NCBI GenBank assembly: GCA_963706285.1
Contig: CAVPLU010000003.1
Span: 32,001-96,000 of the forward strand
Length of the DNA: 64,000 bases
Direction: 5' to 3'
Origin: Candidatus Bathyarchaeota archaeon
Lineage (GTDB): Archaea; Thermoproteota; Bathyarchaeia; 40CM-2-53-6
Shown here: positions 49,410-62,552 of the stretch, piece by piece
Position numbering within the stretch: the stretch's first letter is position 1
How the letters are laid out: each line of letters starts with the position of its first letter
Translations under genes and position numbers: made by a program
Notes under the pieces: generated by a model
Seen by the model: only the letters and a program-made list of their open reading frames with translations
The model's database searches: none
What the model was told of the DNA's origin: nothing

Positions 49410-50753
49410 ATGCAGGAATCAACCGGATACAAGGGCAGGGCTCTTGACTTGATCAAGACCGCCGGCGCTTCAATCGGAGATAAGGTAAGCCTAACAGGAG
49501 AGGGAGAGAGCGTCGAAGGCTTGTTGATGCCTCGAGTAGCCGGTGAAGATGACTCTCACATCGTGTTAAAACTCGCGACCGGCTACAACGTTGGGGTCAA
49601 GATAGGTGGGAAGGCTCGGATTCAAGTCCTTGGCACTGGTGCAAAGCCTGCACTTTCAAGACCTCCAACACCCGCCGCGACAAAGGGCCTTCCAGCGGTA
49701 ACGATCTTCAGCACAGGCGGGACAATCGCCAGCCGAGTAGACTATCGTACAGGAGCCGTTGAAGCAGCGTTGTCTGCTGAAGATCTCTACAGTTTTGTTC
49801 CAGAATTGGCATCAGAAGCCAACGTGAACGCGAAGGTTCTCTACAGCGTGTTCAGCGAGAACTTCACGGCGCAGCATTGGAAGGAAACCGCTGAAGCAGT
49901 CTGCGAAGAGATCCAGTCGGGGATATCAGGTGTAGTGATCGCCCAAGGAACAGACACGCTCGGTTACTGTGCGGCCGCTATGAGTTTCGCACTTCAATCC
50001 AGTCCCGTTCCTATTGTCTTCGTTGCGGCTCAGAGGTCTTCAGACAGGCCGAGTTCAGATGCGGCGACAAACCTGATCGGGGCCGTGAGTGTGGCAGCCA
50101 AGGCGCCATTCGCTGGAGTAGTTGCGGTGATGCATGGGTGGCTGTCAGATGACATCCTGCTGGTCCACAAAGGAACAAAGGTTCGCAAATGCCACACGAG
50201 CCGGCGTGACGCATTCAGATCCATAGACGCCGCACCCTTGGCGCGTTTTCATCTGGAAAACAGGACACTGGAGAGTCTAGATAGTGACTTCCCCGTGAGA
50301 GGAGGATCATCCAAGGTTGTCTGCAAGTCAAACTTTGATGATCGTGTTGCCCTCACGAAATTCTATCCAGGCATGGACCCTGGGATTATCGACTGGTATG
50401 TGGCTAAGGACTACCACGGCTTGATCCTTGAGGGCACAGGGCTTGGTCACGTGAGCGCACGCTGCTATCCAAGCCTCAAACAGGCAGTGGACAAGGGCAT
50501 GTTCGTGGGAATGACCTCTCAGTGTATCTGGGGGAGAGTTGACATGAACGTCTACTCGACAGGCATCGACTTGCAGAAGATTGGCGTCAATCCGCTAGAA
50601 GACATGCTGCCAGAGACAGCGCTTGTTAAGCTCATGTGGGTACTCGGACAAACAGACAACCCCCGGAAAATCGCGGAGATGATGCAAACGAACCTGGCGG
50701 GTGAGATCAGCCCGAGAAGACTGGAGGCCTCGCAAGATGACAAAGGTCACTGA
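49410..50753 (+). CDS. gatD: Glu-tRNA(Gln) amidotransferase subunit D
   Basis: 'TGGTIASRVDY', 'GTDT', 'AQRSSDRPSSD' and 'HTSRRDAF'. Confidence 0.95.
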   Translation: MQESTGYKGRALDLIKTAGASIGDKVSLTGEGESVEGLLMPRVAGEDDSHIVLKLATGYNVGVKIGGKARIQVLGTGAKPALSRPPTPAATKGLPAVTIFSTGGTIASRVDYRTGAVEAALSAEDLYSFVPELASEANVNAKVLYSVFSENFTAQHWKETAEAVCEEIQSGISGVVIAQGTDTLGYCAAAMSFALQSSPVPIVFVAAQRSSDRPSSDAATNLIGAVSVAAKAPFAGVVAVMHGWLSDDILLVHKGTKVRKCHTSRRDAFRSIDAAPLARFHLENRTLESLDSDFPVRGGSSKVVCKSNFDDRVALTKFYPGMDPGIIDWYVAKDYHGLILEGTGLGHVSARCYPSLKQAVDKGMFVGMTSQCIWGRVDMNVYSTGIDLQKIGVNPLEDMLPETALVKLMWVLGQTDNPRKIAEMMQTNLAGEISPRRLEASQDDKGH

Positions 50754-52647
50754 TTATGGCGCCATAGGTCTAAAGGTAGGCATTGAAATTCACAGGCAGC
50801 TAGATACTGAAAAGAAATTGTTTTGCGATTGTCCGACGACGATGTCAGAGGAGCCACCCTCGGTTAGTTTCTTGAGAAGACTGCGCCCAACGCAGAGCGA
50901 ATTGGGTCAAGTCGATCCTGCGGCACTTTTCGAGTTCCAGAAGGGCCGAGCGGTGATCTACGAATCTGATGATCGTACATCATGTCTTGTTGAGATGGAT
51001 GAGGAACCGCCGAAGGATCTTAACCCTGAGGCTGTGGAAATATCGCTCGCCGCATCGATTCTGATGCATGTGAAGCCGGTCGACGAGATCCACGTCATGA
51101 GGAAGATTGTGATCGACGGGTCGAATACCACTGGATTCCAGAGAACTTGCGTAGTGGCACTGAACGGTTTAGTCGTGGTGGACGGAAAGAAAATCCCGAT
51201 TCAGCAAATATCCCTTGAGGAGGACGCTGCACGGAAAACCGGAGAATCGGGGCTCACGGTGAACTACAGAATAGACCGCCTTGGGATCCCTCTAATCGAG
51301 GTTTCCACTGGGCCCGCGATCGCATCGCCCGAAGAGACAGAACGAGTCGCCAAAACAATCGGAGACATTCTCAGGGACACTGGCCGAGTTAAGCGGGGGC
51401 TAGGCACGGTGAGGCAGGATCTCAATGTCTCAATTCGAGACGGAGCCCTGATTGAGATAAAGGGTGTTCAAGAACTTGACTTGCTCTCCAAAGCTGTCAG
51501 CTATGAGGTGTCCAGGCAACTAGAACTGTTGGGGATCAAGGATGAGCTGACCTCGCGCGGAATCAAGGCAAATCATCTTGTTGACAAATTCATTGATGTG
51601 TCAGCGATCTTTTCGCAGACCAAGTCGAAGCGGATTCGTGAAGCTCTCGAGTCGGGAGGCATCGCGCTTGCCGTGAAACTTCCGAGCTTCAATGGCCTAT
51701 TAGGCAGAGAACTCGCACCCGGTCTTCGCCTCGGCACCGAGATGGCAAGCAGAGCGAAGTTTTGGGGAAGGGTTGGAGGGATCTTTCATACGGATGAGCT
51801 TCCAGCGTACGGCATATCGGAAGAGGAAGTCCTCTCAATGAGGAGAACTCTAGATTGCGGGGAGCATGACGCGGCAGTCTTGGTTGCCGATCGCAAAGAC
51901 AAAGCATGGGATGCTCTCACAGCAGTTGTCGAGAGAGCGCGTGAAGCACTGATAGGTGTCCCAACTGAGACTCGGACAGCAGTCGCGGACGGAACGACAC
52001 GGTACATGCGCCCGCGTCCGGGCGCGTCCAGGATGTACCCTGAAACGGACGTGCCTCCGGTACCAGTTACGCAGGACCAACTTGCGGGGATTCAAGCGAA
52101 GACTGCCTCCACCACGGGAGACGATCACGCAAGAGTTGCTGACAAAATACCAGTTGAATAGCAAACTCGCGAATCAGCTGATCGAATCCGACTACCTAGA
52201 TGTGTTCCGGCGCGTATGCTCGAAAGAGGGGATTGCACCAAGCTTCGTGGCGACAGTCCTAACTGAGAATCTCAAGAACCTCAGCCGAGAGGGTATTCCA
52301 GTCGACAAATTGACGTCCAGTCACTTGGAGTCCGTCTTTTCCGCTGTCCTTGCGGGAACAGTGGCGAAGGAGGCAGCACCCTCAATCCTAGCTTGGCTTT
52401 CGAAGAACAACAGAAGTAGCGTCGATGATGCGATTCGAGAACTCGGGATGCGGATGCTTTCTGAAAGTGAGCTCTTGAGCAATCGTAGATAGGATCATTG
52501 GTGCTAATACTAATCTGATCAAAGAGAAAGGCGAGGGTGCCTATGGGAAGATCATGGGACTAGTTATGAGTGAAGTCCGAGGCTCAGCAGATCCAGCTGC
52601 AGTCACCAGACTAGTCAAGATTGGAATCGGAGAGAAGACATCGGTAG
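50737..52647 (+). CDS. gatE: Glu-tRNA(Gln) amidotransferase subunit E, frameshifted in C-terminal part
   Basis: 'GLKVGIEIHRQL...KLFC', 'DGSNTTGFQRT' and 'RMYPETD'. The tail continues in other frames ('MGLVMSEVRG'). Confidence 0.93.
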
Positions 52648-52657
52648 TCTTCTTCCG

Positions 52658-52945
52658 CTACTTCCAGAGTATCTCCTCATCTTTGATTACATTGTACTTG
52701 AGTCGTTGGAACCGTTCTATATCGTGCTGTAGGAATAGTGTCAGCGCTGTCTCAGTGAATGCTTCTTGGAAAGGTTGCCCGCAGACGCTGCAGACTTTTT
52801 CAGACATATTGTTTGTCAATTGGAGGGCATAGAATCCATTAGTGAGGATGGCCACCCCGACTTGGCTGTCGTCTGGGTGATTGTCAATGTTTGAGCATTC
52901 GAATACCATCCAAGTATTCCATCTTTCTTCGCCCAAGAACTCCAA
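52658..52945 (-). CDS. Hypothetical protein with CxxC
   Basis: 95-aa ORF containing 'CSVCGQPF'. The start is uncertain. Confidence 0.45.
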   Translation of the reverse strand: MEFLGEERWNTWMVFECSNIDNHPDDSQVGVAILTNGFYALQLTNNMSEKVCSVCGQPFQEAFTETALTLFLQHDIERFQRLKYNVIKDEEILWK

Positions 52946-53027
52946 CCTTCAGATCTCATTATGCCCATGATGAATCGATAATAATACTTACGCAAAAGGC
53001 AGAACTTCTCGAAGTAGCGTGACTGAT

Positions 53028-53966
53028 TCATTCTAGGAACTCGACGTCGTCGATCACGCCGTCTTGATTTGCGTCAACCCCCGATACCACACGTGCAACC
53101 ACTTCTCGGTTGAACACATTCCCGGAAGCGATATCTTCCGTGTATTTCACGAAGGCCATGATCGCGGCCTGGGTTCCTGCAGTCTCATTACCCGCAAGAA
53201 CAATTACCCTCGAGTCAGGATTCATTGGATTTCTGATCATCTGAACTGCTGCGTCTTGAGGTTCGGCGTACGTGCGCTCTGAAATGGTGGACATTAATAC
53301 ATCTGTGCCGGTCAACTCATAGGTAATCGGAAGAAACTCATTCATCATCATGGCAATCGTGTTCACCCTGGGACTTCCAACCAGGATCAGGTTGCCTAAG
53401 ATCTGTTGTTGAGTGAGCTCCGTGTCTAGTCTGACTACGTTCGTTCTGGCGAGCGGAAGGAGAGATCCTAAGAAGAAAGCAAGGTAAGACGCGTGATAGC
53501 CACCCAAATCCCTTTCTCTAAACATCCCGTGTTGATCAGGGCTTCCTACCACGACATGTCCATTGAAGACGCCATTGACAACAAATGGTGCGAGCAGCTT
53601 TGTGCTGGCTTCGGAAAGGGTCGTCTCCTCGACTTCAGAGTTTGACTTTTCGATCTTGGATGCAATCACCGCGATAGCTGCGTGTTCGGCTCGATAGTAT
53701 TTCGCGACTGCTCCTCGGCGTCGCTCCCGTCTTTGCAGCCGGATGAACCCCGCTTTCTCCAGCTCTTTTATGTGGTAGCAGACTACTTGTTGACTGGCAT
53801 TCAGTTTCTTTGATAGTTCACGTGCGCATTGATCAACTGTCGCTAGCTCTTGGAGGATCTTCCAGCGCATTGGCTGAAGGAGCGCCTGGGCAGGAGCGGG
53901 ATCCTCGAAGACCTTGACTGGAATAGGTTCTCCGATTCGTCTGTCTTTGAGCACTAGGTAGGGCAT
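53028..53966 (-). CDS. ArsR-like wHTH regulator fused to a C-terminal alpha/beta domain
   Basis: 'RWKILQEL...VCYHIKELEKAGFI...RGAVAKYY', then 'VVGSPD.HG', 'NLILVGSPRVN' and 'G.DANQDG.ID.VEFLE'. Confidence 0.8.
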   Translation of the reverse strand: MPYLVLKDRRIGEPIPVKVFEDPAPAQALLQPMRWKILQELATVDQCARELSKKLNASQQVVCYHIKELEKAGFIRLQRRERRRGAVAKYYRAEHAAIAVIASKIEKSNSEVEETTLSEASTKLLAPFVVNGVFNGHVVVGSPDQHGMFRERDLGGYHASYLAFFLGSLLPLARTNVVRLDTELTQQQILGNLILVGSPRVNTIAMMMNEFLPITYELTGTDVLMSTISERTYAEPQDAAVQMIRNPMNPDSRVIVLAGNETAGTQAAIMAFVKYTEDIASGNVFNREVVARVVSGVDANQDGVIDDVEFLE

Positions 53967-54261
53967 CTAAACCAATCAAAAGGTTCATGCTCGATTACTA
54001 AAGTCGTTTCTTATCGCCTTCTTTGATAGTTAGATGGGGGTTTGTGGGGTTATGGGCGGGTTCATGGCAAGGCAGTTCCGTGAGCCAATTCCCTATGTAT
54101 TTGCCGTTTCTGTGGGATTTTTGCCCTCTTCTTTGGGGCTATTAAGGCAGGTTCGCTTGCAGTTCTGTTTGTGCTTCTATTCTCTCGTCAACTATGAATG
54201 GTATTGATTCCGTTGCGTGATAAGAGGGTTCAGCGCTGGGAGAGGGATTTGACACGAAGGT

Positions 54262-54965
54262 TCAACATAGGTTATCCATGCGTTGGAAATGCTTGGTTGA
54301 GACGGCTATCATGACTCGTCCAGTACCGTAGCCTATCATTCGTTCGAAATGTTGCATCCTGATGCCTATGCTCCGCTGACCACGGAAGGTCCTGAAAGAC
54401 TCCCATTCTCGGAGAATACGACCAAGATCGCGGTCAGTGGTAGAATGAAGACGGCATTGTATGCAAGAAGGTAAGGAATTCTGAGCGGCGAGCCGGATAT
54501 GAGAGATAGGAAGGTCATGTAGACACCGCCCGTGCAGGCGCAAGGAAAGTTGTGAAATCCTATCAGAATGCCCGCTGCGAAAACCGCGGGAACTCCGCCA
54601 GCCTTCATGAAACGCACAGCTCTTGAGCTAAGCGCATGCGAGACAGACCCCATCATGAGTGGGATCGCATGTGGCCGAAAATAGTTGACAATGTTAGCGA
54701 CGCCAATCGCAAGCATTCCAGCAGCGGCGATCCTTGCGAGAAAATGCGGTACAGAAGGAAGCGTGATGAAGAGCAACGTGACCCCAAGTCCCACCATCAC
54801 ATAGGAGAGAAAGACGCTCCCTATGTAGACCGCGCCGTAGCCCAAGATCGTGTTGCGGTCAGTTTGAGTCGTGTACATTAGGCTTAGGAACAATCCAAGC
54901 AGGCCGAGAGAGCAGATATTCAGTCCGTCAATCAGGCCTAGCGAGATTAGCGGAAGAGGATTCAA
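54262..54965 (-). CDS. CcdA/DsbD-TM-like cytochrome c biogenesis membrane protein (3' frameshift)
   Basis: 'GLIDGLNIC' and 'FPCACTGGVY...YL..YN..FILPL'. Confidence 0.7.
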
Positions 54966-55236
54966 AATGAGCTATCCTCTGATGACCTTCACATTTCCGT
55001 CGCCAAGTAAGCTGTATTGTAACATGGTCTCCTGTGGCGAGGCACGCTTGATTCGACATGTCATGTGAGTAGTTGAAGTGAAGTTCAGTTCCATCGGAGC
55101 CCGTGATTATGGCGATGCAGTTTGTCAGACCATGCTCAACAGGCTTACAGTTGGTATCAGCCTTGACAATTCCTTTCGCGGCCCCAGTGAAGTGAGCATT
55201 CACGATGCTGCCGAAAAACGCGTCTTCCGCAGACAC
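54962..55236 (-). CDS. Hypothetical Cys-containing protein (boundaries uncertain)
   Basis: 'DTNCKP...TNC...HDMSNQACL'. The ends appear to be frameshifted. Confidence 0.4.
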
Positions 55237-55456
55237 TGATCAAATGCTTGCACGATGCGGCTATTCAAGTGCGGAAGTCAGAGACAAGGCCACTACTCCT
55301 TTGTCCGCTCGTTTGGATTAGGGAAAAATTACTATGGTGATCCCATCATCTCCTACGACCGAGAACCACAATGGGATTATCCCCAGAGTACCGAGCATAA
55401 TCATCAAGGCTTCCCACCGGAATAATCAATCATCTGATGAAGTCCTGTGCACGCGA

Positions 55457-56418
55457 CTACAGTGTCGATGAGTTTTCGGGTTGACGGGGTGGTGCGTCTT
55501 GGAACATTGCTGTGCTTATGTACCTCTCACCCGTGTCGGGTAACACTACAACGATTAGCTTCCCTGCGTTCTCAGGTCTCCTCGCCACTTCGACTGCGGC
55601 AAACGTTGCTGCGCCGGAGGAGATGCCTGCGAGAATACCCTCTTCGCTCACCAAGCGTCGAGCCATATCTATTGCTTCTTCGTTTCTGACCTTGAACACT
55701 TCATCGACCAAGTCACGTTTGAGCACGTCTGGTACGAAACCGGCTCCGATTCCCTGTATCTTATGTGGCCCGGGGGTCCCGCCCGACAGAACTGGTGAGT
55801 CGTATGGTTCTGACGGCAACTATCTTGAAGCTGGGCTTGCGTGTCTTTATCACTTCTCCAACGCCGGTGACGGTTCCTCCGGTTCCTACGCCTGCAACAA
55901 GCATGTCTGCTCTGCCATCGGTGTCATCCCATATTTCCAAAGCCGTTGTCTCTCGATGGACTTTCGGGTTTGCCAGGTTCTTGAACTGCTGTGGCACAAA
56001 GGAATTAGCCGTTGAAGCGGCGAGATCTTCTGCCTTTTTCACAGCACCCTTCATGCCTTCCTTTCCAGGAGTAAGCACGAGTTCTGCGCCAAAGGCCTTG
56101 AGTAGAGCTCTTCTTTCGAGACTCATTGTATCTGGCATGGTCAGGATCATTCGATACCCTTTGCACGGCTGCAACCATGGCTAATCCAATGCCAGTGTTC
56201 CCGCTCGTCGGTTCGATTATGACCGAGTCACGTTTGATCAAGCCTCTCTGCTCGGCCTCATGGATCATGCTCCAGCAAATTCTGTCTTTCACACTGCCAC
56301 CAGGGTTTCTGGACTCAAGCTTTGCCAACACGTCAGCTTCGCATCCCTTCACGACCCTGTTCAGTCTGACCAGCGGCGTTTTCCCAATGGTCTCGATTAC
56401 GTTCTCGTACACTTTCAC
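55457..56418 (-). CDS. cysK: Cysteine synthase A (O-acetylserine sulfhydrylase), two frameshifts
   Basis: '[10 protein letters not shown]', 'EPTSGNTG', 'GVGTGGT', '[10 protein letters not shown]', 'GISSGA' and 'PDTGERY'. Confidence 0.93.
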
Positions 56419-56434
56419 TGGCTATCTCTCCGGT

Positions 56435-56482
56435 ATAACGCCGTTATGTCCGCGACCAGTATATCAATATAACGCCGTTATA
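56435..56482. promoter_or_regulatory. Two ATAAC-N3-GTTAT palindromic operators upstream of cysK
   Basis: ATAACGCCGTTAT at 56435-56447 and 56469-56481, flanking an AT-rich TATA-like stretch. Confidence 0.7.
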
Positions 56483-56593
56483 ATCCTCCGAACGACCAAG
56501 ATTCAACTAAGCGACGCTCTCGAGCACAGCCTCTAAGAATGATTGTTTTCGCTAATTCTGAACCTCGTCACAGAATTAGAAAGACAAACGCTG

Positions 56594-57064
56594 CTAAGAG
56601 AACTCCGCACGTAGATTGGAACGACGTTGAACGTACATTCGATTCAGGCATACAGCAATTCCCGATTCTTGTCCAGCGAACTCGCCGACGAAGATAGTCT
56701 GAGGCACCCAAGATGGGATGGAGCGCGTCTTCATCAGTCCGGCCCTGTTTAGCTGATCCCCCATTTGCAGACATAGCTCGCACGTCATTTTCGCGAGGTA
56801 TGTAGATGAGATATTTCCTTTTGAAATCTTGGCCGCCATCTTCTTTGCGGCAGTCTCAATCTTGCGGGAGGAAGAAAGAGGCAGTAGTTGTTTCTTTCCT
56901 CTCTTGGAATGTAGATACTGGCTTACAGCAGGCTGGGTAATGCCCAGTCTCTTTGCCACTACTGCTTCCGGCAAACCATACCTGTTCACCAGCTCCTTAG
57001 TGACTACTGATCGTACCGTCGGCAAAATATATCGAACCATTGCCTCGCAGCGCAACTGGACCAC
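56594..57064 (-). CDS. COG2522-like HTH transcriptional regulator with Cys ligands
   Basis: 'LRCE...ILP.VRS...VAKRLGITQPAVSQYL..KRG...CELC'. Confidence 0.85.
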   Translation of the reverse strand: MVQLRCEAMVRYILPTVRSVVTKELVNRYGLPEAVVAKRLGITQPAVSQYLHSKRGKKQLLPLSSSRKIETAAKKMAAKISKGNISSTYLAKMTCELCLQMGDQLNRAGLMKTRSIPSWVPQTIFVGEFAGQESGIAVCLNRMYVQRRSNLRAEFS

Positions 57065-57346
57065 ATTTCACGGACGTAACTGATTAGGCGCGAATAAAGT
57101 TCCCTATCCTGTGACATGAAACACGCTCGTCCCAAACTCGAAAGGGTCTGATTCCGATTCGGAAGCGAAATGCGCAGCGATTTCTGCGAGCAGATCGCAC
57201 CCGGCAAAATGTCCTTGTTGTTCCACGTATGGACCTAGGTAATTAGAACGATCCACAAGTACTGATTTGGGTTCAGGTTCATGCGATTCCTATTGGAATA
57301 GTCGAAGCACGAAGACATTAATAGCGCGACGGTTATCGCGTGCGAC

Positions 57347-58682
<1,336 letters not shown>

Positions 58683-58782
58683 AGAACCGACCATTTTCCA
58701 TCGCAAAGGTGCTAACACGAGGATCGGTATCGTGTTGCAGAGTGCGAGCAAGATCTAGAACGCATCTATCGAGATGAAGGTT

Positions 58783-59699
58783 ATGCCAATCAAAATACCA
58801 GACAATCTTCCAGCGGCAAAAGTCTTGAACAATGAGAACATATTTGTCATGTTTGAGGACCGAGCCTACCATCAAGACATTCGACCTTGAACATAGCTAT
58901 TCTGAATCTTATGCCCACAAAAATAACCACGGAAACTCAGATACTACGATTGCTTGGAAACTCCCCTCTTCAGGTGGACACAGTTCTGTTGCACCCAAAG
59001 AATCACAATTCCAAGAATACTCCCGGAGAACATTTGACGACTTTCTACAGATATTTCGAAGACATCAAGAACCAGAAGTTTGATGGAATGATCATAACTG
59101 GCGCACCTGTGGAGCACCTTGAGTTTAAAGAAGTGGACTACTGGGATGAACTTGAAGAAATCATGGATTGGTCCGTCCATAATGTTTTTTCCACGTTTTA
59201 CATGTGCTGGGGTGCCCAGGCTGGACTGTATCATCACTACGGAATACCAAAGTATCCTTTGAAAGAAAAGATGTTTGGAGTATTTCCCCATTCTGTGAAT
59301 AAGAAGAATGTCAAATTATTCAGGGGCTTTGACGACGTATTCTACGTTCCTCACTCGCGTCATACGGAGATCCGAAGAAGCGACATAGAAAAGGTTGCAG
59401 ACCTCCAAATACTTTCGGAGTCAGAGGAGGCCGGAGTGTACATTGTTGCAAGCAAGGACGAAAGAAAAATATTTGTGACTGGGCACTCCGAGTATGATGC
59501 GCTGACGCTAAAATCCGAATATGATCGTGATACCGCAAAAGGACTTGACATAAAAGTACCCAAGAACTACTATCCGGACGATGATCCGAATTCACAACCT
59601 ATAGTGAAATGGCGAAGCCACGCCAACCTTCTATTCTCAAACTGGCTCAACTACTACGTGTACCAAGAGACTCCTTACGACCCGAACGAGATAAGGTGA
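58783..59699 (+). CDS. metA: MetA family homoserine O-acyltransferase, predicted acetyl-CoA-specific (frameshift ~58886)
   Basis: '[11 protein letters not shown]...HQDIRP' joins 'ILNLMP.K..TE.Q...GAPVE...CWGAQA...GHSEY'. Glu in GAPVE marks the acetyltransferase type. Confidence 0.92.
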
Positions 59700-59736
59700 T
59701 TTGCATAAGCACCCAACCGATAGGATTGTAGGGTCC

Positions 59737-59991
59737 TCACTCTGACCTTTCTTTGATGTGTTTCTCGAGTTCCATGAGTCTCTTGTGCTGTGCGAAGATC
59801 ATCGATAGAAGCAAGGGGACTTCCTTGATTGGGGAGGCCATGGTTCCAGCGTATGAGGCATAGAGTCTACATTGTGCAGTCAGGTCATCGAATACGACGC
59901 GTTCTTCTGGTCTGAGGAATTGCTTGAATCCTGCCAGTCTTGTGAGTTCTTCGTTGAGGACGATTCTCCACGACGGTATCGTTCTACCCAT
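59737..59991 (-). CDS. Small alpha-helical protein of the 'MGRTxPS' family (resembles small proteins in archaeal PolB2 operons)
   Basis: 'MGRTIPSWR...FKQFLRPEER..FD.L...LLSMI'. Confidence 0.65.
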   Translation of the reverse strand: MGRTIPSWRIVLNEELTRLAGFKQFLRPEERVVFDDLTAQCRLYASYAGTMASPIKEVPLLLSMIFAQHKRLMELEKHIKERSE

Positions 59992-60359
59992 TTCACTCTC
60001 ACATTGCTCGCGAGAGCGATCGGCGTGGATAAGATATCGGAGGAACGACGTGGCGAGAGTGAGGCTCGTAACTGAAGCTGAACTCTACGAGCTCTGACAC
60101 GTTCGACTAGGTCTCTCCTTACGTGTCTATTCTCTCATCGGCTATCAGTGGTATGTATCTCGTTAGCGGCTATGGCGTCACTTGAATCCGAGGATCCGTA
60201 TGAGCTGGTTGAACGTCGGCCACCCGGCAACATCCAGATCATGATTCCATACTGGATCTACTATCGCGTCAGCAGCTTCCTAACCGCAAGCCTGAGCTCA
60301 ACAAGAACAGAAGAATACTTGATCTCAATTCTGGAAGGCCACGTTAGGAGACTTAGCCT

Positions 60360-60524
60360 GTGAACGATTACGCGCATGGCGCTCTTGAGGCGTTGGCTTG
60401 GGTGCTCAACCTTCTCGAGGACACGAACGACACGGCACGTATCAGACGCCAAGTTGAAGGCGCCAGTGACGATCTGCTGGCGGGAGTCTCAGTGAACTTT
60501 CGGCAACGACTCAAGACACGTTAG
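60360..60524 (+). CDS. Small hypothetical protein (54 aa, below ORF-track cutoff)
   Basis: Manual translation gives MNDYAHGALEALAWVLNLLEDTNDTARIRRQVEGASDDLLAGVSVNFRQRLKTR. Start overlaps the stop of ORF 60148-60363 (GTGA). Confidence 0.5.
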   Translation: MNDYAHGALEALAWVLNLLEDTNDTARIRRQVEGASDDLLAGVSVNFRQRLKTR

Positions 60525-60673
60525 ACTTGCTATGCTTCGCTTCTCTTACGAACTCGGGCCCGCCGAGCCAGCCTGTCGCTGGTTAGCCGAAGAATCTACC
60601 CAATATTGGGTAAATACGCTCTTTCGCGTAAGTCTTATCAATGAAACCCTCGTATTGCCGCGACGAACATATC

Positions 60674-61225
60674 ATGGGACTCCACACGGCCACTAAGGGC
60701 AGGCAAGTTGCATTTGTTGCTTCAATGGGTGCTTTGGGCAATGTCCTGGCCCTGCTGACGGTGTCAATTCCAACACCAATCAGCCAAGTAGCTCCTGATC
60801 TGTCACATGTCGCCACACTCATCGTCGCACTGTACTCTGGACCGGTGCTCGGGGGAATCACAGGTGCGCTGGTCAGTATCGTTCCGTTCTATCGATTCGG
60901 AGTTGCTGGATGGTTCGGCCCGCTTGTGGGCTTTCTCATCATTCCTCTGAAATCACTAACCGGAATAACTGCCGGGATTCTTGGCAAGAGACTGCGGCCA
61001 GGTGCTGCTACCTTGCTTGGATACGTGCCCGAATGTGTTTCCACATATCTGTACTTCATGCTGGTGGTGCCCTTTTTCCTTCCTGCAGTCGCGCAATATG
61101 TTACACAGGGGTTCGTCGTTCTTGTTCTCGCAAAAGCTTGGGTGGAACTGGGCATAATAGCCATAATAATGGAGGCTATTCGGCGGCGTGATATTGTCGG
61201 TCGCATACTTGGAAAGACTGGCTAG
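60674..61225 (+). CDS. ECF transporter S-component
   Basis: 'VAFVASMGALGNVL...DLSH...ALYSGP..GG.TG' with about 6 TM helices. Confidence 0.8.
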   Translation: MGLHTATKGRQVAFVASMGALGNVLALLTVSIPTPISQVAPDLSHVATLIVALYSGPVLGGITGALVSIVPFYRFGVAGWFGPLVGFLIIPLKSLTGITAGILGKRLRPGAATLLGYVPECVSTYLYFMLVVPFFLPAVAQYVTQGFVVLVLAKAWVELGIIAIIMEAIRRRDIVGRILGKTG

Positions 61226-61303
61226 CAGTCGATTTCATTTCTCTGCGAGCGAATCGGTAGTTCCTATCGAAGTCAGCGGTGCGTCTCCAATGAGTCGAAC
61301 TCA

Positions 61304-62329
61304 TCAGGATCTTCGTGGCATGCGGTCGATGAGATCTTCGCTTGATGGGCCCGTGCCGATCAATGACACAGGTATGCCAATGGCTTTCTCTATGTTGCTA
61401 ACGAAGTCCTTGGCTTCGGGTGGAAGATCTTCGAACTTCCTACGTCCGACTGCGTCGGGGAATGCCACGTCTATCTTGGTGATTGCCGCCTGTGTCGCGC
61501 CGTTTAGAAGAACTGCTCTCTTTGCCAAGTCGTAATCGAAGGGAGCCGCTCTCCGAAGCCGACCGGTGACCGTGCCGAATTCTTGCCACCCCCTTCTTCG
61601 GGTCTCCTCCTCGCTGAGCTGTCCCGCAAGAGGTCCTTCGCCAACTCTGGTAACAAATGCTTTGAAGACCACAATGACGTCGTCTATTTTGGTCGGTCCG
61701 ATGCCAACATCCGAGCAGATCGCCGAGGCACAGACGTCCTTGCTTGTGCAAAATGGGTAGGTTCCGTGGAACAGTGATAGGAACGTGCCTTGTGATCCTT
61801 CAAGCAGGACATGACGTTTATCCTCCAATGCCTTGTTAATCTCTCCCGAAACATCGGCTAGGAAGCCAGACAGCTCCGGGGCATCCTTCGCCAGTTTAGC
61901 TGATCTGAATATGCGGTCAGCATTGCAGGCGCCAACACCGCTCTTCGTGATGCCTATCTTTTTCACGAGATATTCCGATTTGCTTTCCTCATCGATGTGT
62001 CTTTGCTCAATTATCGCACATTGACGATCAATGCCGATTCGGTTTCTTGTTTCGGTAACTTCAATTTCCTTCAGAAGGACGCTTGGATTCACAAGCACAC
62101 CCGGACCAATCAGGAGACGTGATTCCTTAGAAACGAAACCGCTAGGAATCATCCTCAACGAGTACGTTTTCCCCTGAACCTGCACGGTATGTCCAGCGTT
62201 GGGCCCTACACCGCCTCGAGCTACAATGGCTGGGCGGTCTCTAAGCGCCAAGTATGCAGTGAGTTTCCCCTTGCCTTCGTCTCCAAAGAAACCGCCTACG
62301 ACAACCGTGCATGTCACGTGTGTTCCCAA
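61304..62329 (-). CDS. purA: Adenylosuccinate synthetase (short archaeal type)
   Basis: 'GGFFGDEGKGK', 'GPNAGHT', 'EGSQG', 'TRVGEGP', 'EFGTVTGR.RR' and 'TKID'. Confidence 0.96.
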   Translation of the reverse strand: MGTHVTCTVVVGGFFGDEGKGKLTAYLALRDRPAIVARGGVGPNAGHTVQVQGKTYSLRMIPSGFVSKESRLLIGPGVLVNPSVLLKEIEVTETRNRIGIDRQCAIIEQRHIDEESKSEYLVKKIGITKSGVGACNADRIFRSAKLAKDAPELSGFLADVSGEINKALEDKRHVLLEGSQGTFLSLFHGTYPFCTSKDVCASAICSDVGIGPTKIDDVIVVFKAFVTRVGEGPLAGQLSEEETRRRGWQEFGTVTGRLRRAAPFDYDLAKRAVLLNGATQAAITKIDVAFPDAVGRRKFEDLPPEAKDFVSNIEKAIGIPVSLIGTGPSSEDLIDRMPRRS

Positions 62330-62552
62330 CCAAGGGCGAGGAACATCGTTCTTAAGCCTTTATCGAACCGCTCGGAACGTCACGTCCACAATCATGTTTC
62401 CAATTAGGTTCGATGGGCGAACAGGATATTCAGTTCGCCCGTCGAAAGTCCTCAACGCGCCGGCTGAGAGCGCTCAGACACTTGTTTCTCATCATCAACG
62501 CAGCGTTGGACATCCAAGAGTCTAAAGGTTTTCCCAGCCATCGGTCCCTACG

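Noticed and set aside
50737-52647. Programmed frameshifting or pseudogenisation of gatE and others
   Set aside because: There are no consistent slippery sites, and frameshifts are scattered across unrelated genes. Sequencing indels are more parsimonious.
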